The translations under genes and the position numbers were made by a program. A model generated the notes under the pieces. That model was not told the origin of the DNA and searched no databases. It was given only the letters and a program-made list of their open reading frames with translations. A DNA stretch of 64,000 nucleotides from a virus, in IMG/VR virus record IMGVR_UViG_3300045988_162215. The stretch is one strand, 5' to 3'. Each line of letters begins with the position of its first letter. Position 1 is the stretch's first letter. Below are positions 55,214 through 62,053 of this stretch, in pieces.

Positions 55214-55242
55214 ATTATATCAAAAATATTTATGAAAATCAA
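55214..55242 (-). promoter_or_regulatory. promoter TTGATT-N17-TGATATAAT
   Basis: Drives the tRNA 5' half plus PD-(D/E)xK ORF transcript. Confidence 0.55.
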
Positions 55243-55244
55243 TT

Positions 55245-55284
55245 TGATATTTAAAGCGGCAACCGGTTTGAGATCTCAAACCGG
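55245..55284 (-). terminator. palindromic hairpin (possible terminator) between tRNA-Met and promoter 55214-55242
   Basis: CCGGTTTGAGATCTCAAACCGG perfect palindrome flanked by GC-rich arms. Moderately U-rich tail. Confidence 0.35.
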
Positions 55285-55383
55285 GCAACCGCGTTGCAAA
55301 GAAAGGTTTTATATGAACCAAGTTTTTTAACAGAACTTGGAAAACTGGGAAAGGAAGGAAGGTCAATCATGAATCTGACCTAA

Positions 55384-55454
55384 TGGCGGAAGCAGGACTC
55401 GAACCTGCGTCTCTAGCCTATGAAGCTAGCAAGGAGCCACTCCTCTATTCCGCG
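55384..55454 (-). tRNA. tRNA-Met/Ile2 (anticodon CAT; C1xC72 mismatch suggests possible initiator type)
   Basis: Acceptor CGCGGAA/TTCCGCC. Anticodon stem CTAGC/GCTAG with loop TTCATAG. T arm GCAGG-TTCGAGT-CCTGC. Confidence 0.6.
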
Positions 55455-56115
55455 ATATTATCATTTACTAATTTAATATTCTCAATAAAAACAAAATAAA
55501 ATAGTTCTTCAACTTACTAAACATATCTTCAAAATTATTACTCTACATAGGAGATAAAGGCTGAGCAAGGCTAGCTAATTCCTTACTTCTTTACCCCAGC
55601 ATAATTGCCATGTCTATGACAGGATTGATTACCTATACCTTTCACTTAAACCATTCAGCATATATAATTTTATAAAAAATTCTTCATTCTTTAATCTTTT
55701 AATGAAATTAAATATCTGCACTTTGCATTAAGCTACTTAGAGTTGCATACAGTTCTTATATCAACATTTCTGTTGTTTCATTGCAAAACGGATTATTGGT
55801 ATTTCCTAGGATTGACTTTGAGTACCACCTCGCCGCCCTAACTAGGAGAGGAAAGCATTTCTGCTAACTTTCTATTGCTCCGCCGAACCGCGTCCTGAGC
55901 TATTTTGCGATATATCTAGTGCCATGACTTTACTTTGGGTTTCCAACCTCTTCATTTCAGTATCACTACTTTCAATGCGGACCACTATCCACAAGTATCC
56001 TTGTTTCGTTCGTGCCGAGCTCTTTTCGCCATGCCTTAGCTGTGTGGTTAGCACATCTACACTAAGATATTCATTTTGTTTTTATTCAGAATATTAAATT
56101 TTCAATGAACATAAA

Positions 56116-56188
56116 TGCTGCCCCTAGGAGTCGAACCCAGTGTCATCGGATATAAGCCGATTCCCCAAAACCGTCGAGGACAAGCAGC
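56116..56188 (-). tRNA. tRNA-Ile (anticodon TAT, AUA-decoding)
   Basis: Acceptor GCTGCTT/GGGCAGC. Anticodon stem ATCGG/CCGAT with loop CTTATAT. T arm CTGGG-TTCGACT-CCTAG. Confidence 0.5.
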
Positions 56189-56579
56189 TAGTTGCATTAC
56201 TGCTCCATTACGCGCACCTGTCTACGCAACTTCCGCACTACGCCTGGACACTTGATATTCTTAGGATTTTCTTCAAGTGTTGCCAATCTATTCTTTAAAA
56301 TTGCTAATTTCTGTTCTCTTGTCATAATATCCAATCCCTTTCTATTGTTATATAATAGATCCAATCCTGCTGGTTATTAGCAAGTAAACATCGTTCACAA
56401 ACCAGCTGGATCTATACCACATTTTAGACAGTAGCCGCCTGTACGCTTCACCACTCACGTACCTAGGAGAATTTCTGCATTTTGCTTTCAATCTAACAAA
56501 ACAACTCTAAAACTAAAACAACTTTACTTACTGTTTAAGTTGAATCAGAGGCTAATTTGATTAACTTGCATATAAGTAG

Positions 56580-56655
56580 TGATCCCGGCGGGACTTGAAC
56601 CCAAGCGCATCTCGACCTTGAAAGGGTCGAATCCTAGCCTTTAGAAGACGGGACC
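56580..56655 (-). tRNA. tRNA-Glu (anticodon TTC)
   Basis: Acceptor GGTCCCG/CGGGATC, D stem TTCT/AGGA. Anticodon stem CGACC/GGTCG with loop CTTTCAA. T loop TTCAAGT. Confidence 0.55.
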
Positions 56656-56658
56656 AGA

Positions 56659-56731
56659 TGACTCCAGATAGATTTGAACTATCATCCCCTGACTGAGAAT
56701 CAGGAATCCTGAACCATTAGACGATGGAGCC
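56659..56731 (-). tRNA. tRNA-Glu (anticodon CTC)
   Basis: Acceptor GGCTCCA/TGGAGTC. Anticodon stem CCTGA/TCAGG with loop TTCTCAG. T arm GATAG-TTCAAAT-CTATC. Confidence 0.55.
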
Positions 56732-56857
56732 TTGAATTAGGAATTTTGGCAAGATTCCTTTAACTTGGAGCCCTTATCATCCTCGAACCCTAGGAGGTTT
56801 TGTTACTTTTTATTAACGAGAGTTAGAACAAATTTTCCTTTCGCAGTTTCTCTCAAA

Positions 56858-56930
56858 TGGATTGTATTGGTGTCGAACCAATTCCTCTTGGGCTTCAACC
56901 AAGCGCTTCTACCGAGTTAGCTTACAATCC
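56858..56930 (-). tRNA. tRNA-Phe (anticodon GAA)
   Basis: Perfect acceptor GGATTGT/ACAATCC. Anticodon stem CTTGG/CCAAG with loop TTGAAGC. T arm ATTGG-TTCGACA-CCAAT. Confidence 0.7.
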
Positions 56931-56979
56931 TTTCTAAAGTGACTAAAGTCGCCTTCCATAATTACATCTCCTTTTCATT

Positions 56980-57008
56980 TACTATAATAATTATATCAAA
57001 AATTTTTA
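56980..57008 (-). promoter_or_regulatory. promoter TTGATT-N17-TGATATAAT plus RBS cassette
   Basis: Upstream of tRNA-Phe, tRNA-Glu and further tRNAs. Confidence 0.55.
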
Positions 57009-57186
57009 TGAAAATCAATTAAATTGCTTTTTGTCTATGTATTCAAGAAGCATAACTTGGATACATAAGGTGAGCTAGTACGTCAACTCCACACATCTCA
57101 ATCTAACGGCATATCTTAGACATCTTTATTCATCATTTCGTATGATAGGAGTGAGGGAAAGCTATACTCGACAATCTCTCCTATAA

Positions 57187-57260
57187 CGTCTTGATATTTA
57201 TCCCCTCAAGCGGGTGAGGCGACATCGAAAGATTCGAACTTTCAACCTTCCTTCCATACG
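57187..57260 (-). pseudogene. degenerate tRNA-like element (canonical T arm GAAAG-TTCGAAT-CTTTC, acceptor pairs, no anticodon arm)
   Basis: CGGCATT...GATGTCG acceptor with wobble pairs. The central region cannot form a 5-bp stem and 7-nt loop. Confidence 0.3.
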
Positions 57261-57413
57261 GACGGTTATGCTTCCTTTTACACCAATGCCGCAAATGTAC
57301 TTATTGCAGTAAGTACACCGAGTTATTTTGGCTTTTTCGTATAATATACTGCAATATATCATTGACTAATATCAACCAAACAAGTCCTTCGACTAGTACT
57401 CCGCACGCAGACC

Positions 57414-57485
57414 TTAATTCGGTCCGGAGGGAATCGAACCCTCATAATCTTCTCTTATAACTCTACCAAACTCCTCGTCGTTGGC
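57414..57485 (-). pseudogene. degenerate tRNA-like element (T arm GAGGG-TTCGATT-CCCTC, acceptor TGGTCTG/CGGACCG, no foldable anticodon arm)
   Basis: As described. The anticodon region TAGAG-TTATAAG-AGAAG does not pair. Confidence 0.3.
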
Positions 57486-57619
57486 AGACCACACTTGCTT
57501 TACACCAGAGGTTTAGTGATGCCCCTCTATCATCAATGGCTAACTTTGTTTTTTACACCGGAAGGTTCCGCCGCACCCACCATCAACACTCATTAACAGC
57601 GAAGTTCACCTAGAGTAAA

Positions 57620-57692
57620 CTCCCACAACAGGGCTCGAACCTGTGACCCACGGTTTAACAGACCGTTGCTCTACCAACTGAGCTATATGGGA
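57620..57692 (-). tRNA. tRNA-Asn (anticodon GTT)
   Basis: Canonical D arm GCTC-AGTTGGTA-GAGC. Anticodon stem ACGGT/ACCGT with loop CTGTTAA. T arm ACAGG-TTCGAGC-CCTGT. Acceptor TCCCATA/TGTGGGA. Confidence 0.75.
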
Positions 57693-57916
57693 ATATTAAA
57701 GAGAGCAACCACGAAGGGATAGTCTAGGAAGATTTCACGCTCTCACGCGATAATTATTTCTCAGATTTTTTATATTGCGATCACTGAGAAATGAACAAAT
57801 TATCAACGATTTTTTCTCGCCCACTAAAAAGACCGCGATTTATTACTACAACTTATTGTCGCTTTTGCCCAGATAGGTTAGTAAGTTGCAACTACGTACG
57901 CCCTATCAAACGTTAA

Positions 57917-57988
57917 TTCCGATTATGTGAATCGAACACATATTACCGGGTTACAAAGCCGGGGTTCTAGCCTTTGAACTAAATCGGA
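57917..57988 (-). tRNA. tRNA-Thr (anticodon TGT)
   Basis: Perfect acceptor TCCGATT/AATCGGA, D arm GTTC-AAAGGCTA-GAAC. Anticodon stem CCGGC/CCCGG with loop TTTGTAA. T arm ATGTG-TTCGATT-CACAT. Confidence 0.65.
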
Positions 57989-58005
57989 TTATTTTCTCTA
58001 TAATT

Positions 58006-58034
58006 ATTATATCATAAATTTTTTATTTTTTCAA
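58006..58034 (-). promoter_or_regulatory. promoter TTGAAA-N17-TGATATAAT
   Basis: Upstream of tRNA-Thr, at the start of the tRNA array. Confidence 0.55.
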
Positions 58035-58099
58035 GTAGGTATTTTATTATCAAAAAACTTTTATTTTCTTTAATAACTCTTTACCAACTTTCTATAATA

Positions 58100-58128
58100 A
58101 TTATATCAAAAATTTTATTATTTTTCAA
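58100..58128 (-). promoter_or_regulatory. promoter TTGAAA-N17-TGATATAAT (tandem with 58006-58034)
   Basis: Second copy about 95 bp upstream of the first. Also carries the RBS cassette. Confidence 0.5.
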
Positions 58129-58134
58129 ATGATT

Positions 58135-58302
58135 TTATTTTGCTCCAATAGAGCCATCTTTATATAAGCGATATGTTAAAATGTCTCCGCCTATACAACC
58201 TACAATTTCAATGTAGTCTGGAGTAAGATGCCTTTCAATCTCATAATCAAAGCGATTAAGAGAAAATTCATTTGCATGAACTCTTAACTCTGCATCTGTC
58301 AT
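58135..58302 (-). CDS. small hypothetical protein (55 aa)
   Basis: Strong RBS ggaggt. ATGA overlap with the stop of the upstream gene. MTDAELRVHANEFSLNRFDYEIER.... Confidence 0.35.
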   Translation of the reverse strand: MTDAELRVHANEFSLNRFDYEIERHLTPDYIEIVGCIGGDILTYRLYKDGSIGAK

Positions 58303-58592
58303 ACTTGATAGTTAACCTCCCTTGCCTTAGCATTGATAAAATTCTTATATAATCTCATTTTTGCTTGAGATTTCCATGCCCAACCAACAAAAGAACCATC
58401 TTCTTTACCATAAACTTTATCTGGCTTAAATTCTGCAATCAAAAATTTAATAAACTCTGCTGGTGTCATATTTAGTATGCGGGCTGGCACTACCCAGAGC
58501 TGAGTATCCCAATTATGTGAACCTAAATGTTCGCAATACCACATGATACCATTTGTCCATTCTTCACATCTGTATAGTGCCATACCTTTCAC
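58299..58592 (-). CDS. hypothetical protein
   Basis: ORF only. Confidence 0.4.
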   Translation of the reverse strand: MKGMALYRCEEWTNGIMWYCEHLGSHNWDTQLWVVPARILNMTPAEFIKFLIAEFKPDKVYGKEDGSFVGWAWKSQAKMRLYKNFINAKAREVNYQV

Positions 58593-58598
58593 TCCTTA

Positions 58599-58940
58599 CT
58601 ACATTGTAATAGCAATTCCTAGTTCACTAAGCAAATTTGCCACATCCTTCTGCTCTGTCGCGGAAGCCTGTGTTACTGGCACATCTGCCTTAGATACACT
58701 TCCACCACTAGGCTGCGTTGCCGCGACCGTATCAAAAGCATTTGTTGGAAGAGCATCTTCATCACCACTTGTAACCGCAGTCTTTGCACATGTTAATGTC
58801 AACTTAATCTGAACCGGCTCACCATTCTCTACTGTATTTACTCTAACCTCTTTACCATCATTATAGAGAAATGCATTATCGCCAAATGCTTCAATAATCT
58901 TTGCTGCTACTTCCAGCTTTGCAATCTGTCCCTTTGCCAT
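58599..58940 (-). CDS. hypothetical protein (GC-rich coding region)
   Basis: ORF with promoter cassette 58973-59001. Confidence 0.4.
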   Translation of the reverse strand: MAKGQIAKLEVAAKIIEAFGDNAFLYNDGKEVRVNTVENGEPVQIKLTLTCAKTAVTSGDEDALPTNAFDTVAATQPSGGSVSKADVPVTQASATEQKDVANLLSELGIAITM

Positions 58941-58972
58941 TTTCTTTCCACCTTTCTTAACTTTCTATAATA

Positions 58973-59001
58973 ATTATATCAAAAATTATTATTAAAATCA
59001 A
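58973..59001 (-). promoter_or_regulatory. promoter TTGATT-N17-TGATATAAT plus RBS cassette
   Basis: Upstream of 58599..58940. Confidence 0.55.
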
Positions 59002-59005
59002 TATA

Positions 59006-59188
59006 TTATTTTTCTTCTAATGTGTCATTTCTCTGCATCCTATTAAAGCAATTTTTACATACTAAATAGGTGCCTTTTACTGTGAAAACTCGATATCTAC
59101 AATCGCGCCCTTTCCATCTACGGACATCAATTCTTCTGCCACACCATTCACAATAAACAGTTTTAATTATATCCGTTGAACGCTTCAT
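59006..59188 (-). CDS. zinc-ribbon protein
   Basis: CEWCGRR...CKNCF. Confidence 0.35.
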   Translation of the reverse strand: MKRSTDIIKTVYCEWCGRRIDVRRWKGRDCRYRVFTVKGTYLVCKNCFNRMQRNDTLEEK

Positions 59189-59219
59189 AAATATCTTCCT
59201 TTCTTAACTTTCTATAAAT

Positions 59220-59248
59220 ATTATATCAAAAATATTTATGAAAATCAA
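59220..59248 (-). promoter_or_regulatory. promoter TTGATT-N17-TGATATAAT plus RBS cassette
   Basis: Upstream of 59006..59188. Confidence 0.55.
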
Positions 59249-59249
59249 T

Positions 59250-59720
59250 TTAACAAATATGATTTAACTTATAAAATCTCATAATTGCTTTCTGAAGTTT
59301 CTCCCAGAATTTTGCTAAAATAGCAGTGTGGGATTCTGCATACTGTACCGCCCAACCGGTTGCCGCGCGTTCATCTGGACACTCATAATAAAGCTCTTCA
59401 GATACGCCGCCATTAGAAACAAAAAATTTAATAATTTCAGAATCAGCTAAATCGGCATCAGAGAGTTCGTCTATTGTTTCATGATGTCCAATTTCGTGCA
59501 AAATACTCCACAAAAAGATATCACACTTAACCTTAGGTTTGAAAAACTCAACCGACCGCATAAAATCAGCATTATTCTTCTCTGAAACAACAAGAGAATA
59601 AGTAATTTTATTACTCAAGGGATAATATGCAAAGTCACTATCTTCTTCAATAGACAATTCTTCATCTATTGTTTTAACAAAATCATTTAATAATTTAGTT
59701 ATCTTTGATAAACCTTTCAT
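59250..59720 (-). CDS. putative Zn-metallopeptidase-like protein (HExxH)
   Basis: ILHEIGHHE motif. Confidence 0.35.
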   Translation of the reverse strand: MKGLSKITKLLNDFVKTIDEELSIEEDSDFAYYPLSNKITYSLVVSEKNNADFMRSVEFFKPKVKCDIFLWSILHEIGHHETIDELSDADLADSEIIKFFVSNGGVSEELYYECPDERAATGWAVQYAESHTAILAKFWEKLQKAIMRFYKLNHIC

Positions 59721-59753
59721 ATTTATTCCTTCCTCTCTTAACTTTCTATATAT

Positions 59754-59782
59754 ATTATATCAAAAAAATTAAAAATAATCAA
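59754..59782 (-). promoter_or_regulatory. promoter TTGATT-N17-TGATATAAT plus RBS cassette
   Basis: Upstream of 59250..59720. Confidence 0.55.
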
Positions 59783-60641
59783 TTTGATCAATATCTTCTT
59801 CATGAAGTTTTTTACAAGAATGGCATACATTATATGTAAAAGGTATCTTTGTTGATCCATATGTTGAAGTAATTTGATCATATTCTCCAGGATAGCACAA
59901 TTTTCCACAAAAGCATCTAATTATTCTATTGTCTTTTGTTGCCGGAACATACATATAAGTATTATTATTTTTTGAACGCAAGATATTGATAACCTTAGTT
60001 ATAGTATCATCTGCTTCAAAGAGATCCCAATATTCAGCTTTTGTATGCTCATTGTAATAACCAACAGATAAATTTACTGCGGCAATATTCCAATTTCGAC
60101 CTAAAATACAAATATCTGTAAAGCTACCTTCCTCAAAAGTAAAACCAAAACTACAAATATAGTCAATGAAAGAAAGATTCATACAATTATAGAATACCGC
60201 GTCTTCACTTCCACACCTATCTAATTCAATCATAAAATCAATATTAAAAGGTGCTTCACTATAATTTTCTACTAATTTATTTGTTCCAATGCCGCCATGT
60301 TCTTCTCCTGTTGTAAAAATAAGGTGTGGTCTATATCCTTCAGTTAAAATTGATAAAATAAGAATTACGCCAGCTCTATCATCTGCACCTAAACCTTGCG
60401 GCGACCACATAACCATTTCTTTTTCATCATAAAAAAACTGAAAAGGCTCTACTGAATGAACTGTATCTAAATGAGCAACAAGAGCAATAGGTATATCACC
60501 TTCTGCCATAAGATAATTTTTATCATCAGTTATTTTATTTTTATAACCAAATTGTGATAATAACATTTTCAAATATTGAAGTAAAGCTGCTCCACTTGTC
60601 TTTTTTTGAAAAATTGTTTGCATAAAACTTCTATCTATCAT
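59769..60641 (-). CDS. M28/M42-like metallopeptidase domain protein with C-terminal Cys cluster
   Basis: AHLDTVH and GADDRAG metal-ligand motifs. CFCGKLC...CHSCKK. Confidence 0.35.
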   Translation of the reverse strand: MIDRSFMQTIFQKKTSGAALLQYLKMLLSQFGYKNKITDDKNYLMAEGDIPIALVAHLDTVHSVEPFQFFYDEKEMVMWSPQGLGADDRAGVILILSILTEGYRPHLIFTTGEEHGGIGTNKLVENYSEAPFNIDFMIELDRCGSEDAVFYNCMNLSFIDYICSFGFTFEEGSFTDICILGRNWNIAAVNLSVGYYNEHTKAEYWDLFEADDTITKVINILRSKNNNTYMYVPATKDNRIIRCFCGKLCYPGEYDQITSTYGSTKIPFTYNVCHSCKKLHEEDIDQIDYF

Positions 60642-61449
60642 TCGGCGGTACCTCCTTTATGGTAACCTCGATCCCAGACTTTTCTAACGCTTTAGCTAAA
60701 GTCATATGATGCTCACAAGAGTCGCACAAACCTAAGTCGCAACGTCTTTGACAATCAATTCTAAATTTTGCAAATGATGGAGCGATAGTGGTATTTAAAA
60801 CATCCTCTGTATATCCATCAATAATATCACTTAATTTGCCTTCCCATTTACCACTATTATAAATCTTATAAAGAATATTCTGTTTTTCTAATAATTCATA
60901 ATAATCATCCTTATAAAATTCAATGGTATCAATATAATCTTCATAGAATGAAACATCTTCTGGTCTAATGAAGAACTTTTCATCTGGCGGAATTGTATTA
61001 TATTTATCCTCTTCAATATAGTTAGCAATGCAACGAATCTTAATATTTCTATTATTACAATAAGTTCGTAATTTTTTAAGGTCAAAGCATAAATAATCTC
61101 TAATAAGAATTTCTGAAATACCAATTTTTGATAATTCTCTTACATCACGCCAGCAAGATATTGGTTCTGCATATAAGAAATTTAATTTATTATTATTCTT
61201 ATAAATAAAATCTATATCAGTTGTCTTAAAAAGAATATTCGGATGTACCGCGGCTGCCGCCTTAAAAATCTCTATCTCGTCATCTGAGATCTCTTCATCA
61301 ATAATATTTACAACTAATTTCTGAGATTCCTTTAATACGTTTTTACAAAAATCAAGCAATCTGTTGTTTGATGTGTACATAATTTCAATTTCAACATTGT
61401 CATTATCAAAATAACGAAACTTATTTGTATATTTAATACAATAATTCAT
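60631..61449 (-). CDS. hypothetical Cys-containing protein
   Basis: CDLGLCDSCEHH. No family assigned. Confidence 0.3.
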   Translation of the reverse strand: MNYCIKYTNKFRYFDNDNVEIEIMYTSNNRLLDFCKNVLKESQKLVVNIIDEEISDDEIEIFKAAAAVHPNILFKTTDIDFIYKNNNKLNFLYAEPISCWRDVRELSKIGISEILIRDYLCFDLKKLRTYCNNRNIKIRCIANYIEEDKYNTIPPDEKFFIRPEDVSFYEDYIDTIEFYKDDYYELLEKQNILYKIYNSGKWEGKLSDIIDGYTEDVLNTTIAPSFAKFRIDCQRRCDLGLCDSCEHHMTLAKALEKSGIEVTIKEVPPNDR

Positions 61450-61492
61450 AATTTAACAACTCCTTTTCTATTTTTCTATTGTTATTATATCA

Positions 61493-61523
61493 TAAAAAAA
61501 ATAGGAAGTCAATTCGACTTCCT
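61493..61523 (-). terminator. intrinsic terminator after 61536..61958
   Basis: AGGAAGTC-GAATT-GACTTCCT plus ATTTTTTTTATG. A -10 element TGATATAAT immediately follows. Confidence 0.55.
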
Positions 61524-61535
61524 ATTTTAGTCTAA

Positions 61536-61958
61536 TTACTCTGGTGAGCCATCCTCTGTAACCTCATTCTCATCCACCGTAGCCAAACGGTATCCCTTAA
61601 CCTTACGCTTACCATCTTCAACGTCATCCTTAATAGCAACTCCAGCCTTTACAAGCTGTGACAGTCTAGCCTGTACCTTTGCTCTTGTAATCTCCTCGCC
61701 CTCAATCTGAGAAGTGATGGCATCAATAGTCTGAAGTTCATCAGTAAGAACAGCCTCTACCTGAGCTCTGAGTTCGTCACCAGCCGCGCGCTTCTTTGCT
61801 GCACTCTTCTTCGCGGACTCCGCCTTCTTATCCAGCTCTGCGATTCTTGCGTCAATGAATGCCTGAACATCAGCAACTGCAACTCCATCAACAGACTCCA
61901 TTGATGCGATAGCATTTGAAATTGCGTTAAAATAGTCTCTCTTAGTCATCTTTTCCAT
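61536..61958 (-). CDS. small winged-helix-like protein (paralog family, GC-rich)
   Basis: EITRAKVQARLSQLVKAGVAIKDDVEDGKRKVKGYRLA pattern. Confidence 0.4.
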   Translation of the reverse strand: MEKMTKRDYFNAISNAIASMESVDGVAVADVQAFIDARIAELDKKAESAKKSAAKKRAAGDELRAQVEAVLTDELQTIDAITSQIEGEEITRAKVQARLSQLVKAGVAIKDDVEDGKRKVKGYRLATVDENEVTEDGSPE

Positions 61959-62013
61959 AGTATTTTCTCCTTTTTCTTTTTTGTTTTGTTTTTTATCTCT
62001 TTTGTATGTATAT

Positions 62014-62042
62014 ATTATACTACTAATTTTTTAGAAAATCAA
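62014..62042 (-). promoter_or_regulatory. promoter TTGATT-N17-TATAAT
   Basis: Upstream of 61536..61958. Confidence 0.5.
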
Positions 62043-62053
62043 CTGTTTGGTAA

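Noticed and set aside
55872-56054. Minus-strand 60-aa ORF in the tRNA array
   Set aside because: No RBS. Sits in a GC-rich structured non-coding block. More likely RNA than protein.
56192-56380. Plus-strand 62-aa ORF
   Set aside because: Overlaps tRNA-Ile(TAT) flank and the inverted-repeat region. No expression signals.
56915-56965. 16-codon mini-ORF (MEGDFSHFRKDCKLTR) created by the promoter plus RBS cassette upstream of tRNA-Phe
   Set aside because: The RBS and ATG are part of the duplicated promoter cassette, and the reading frame runs into the tRNA. Almost certainly fortuitous.
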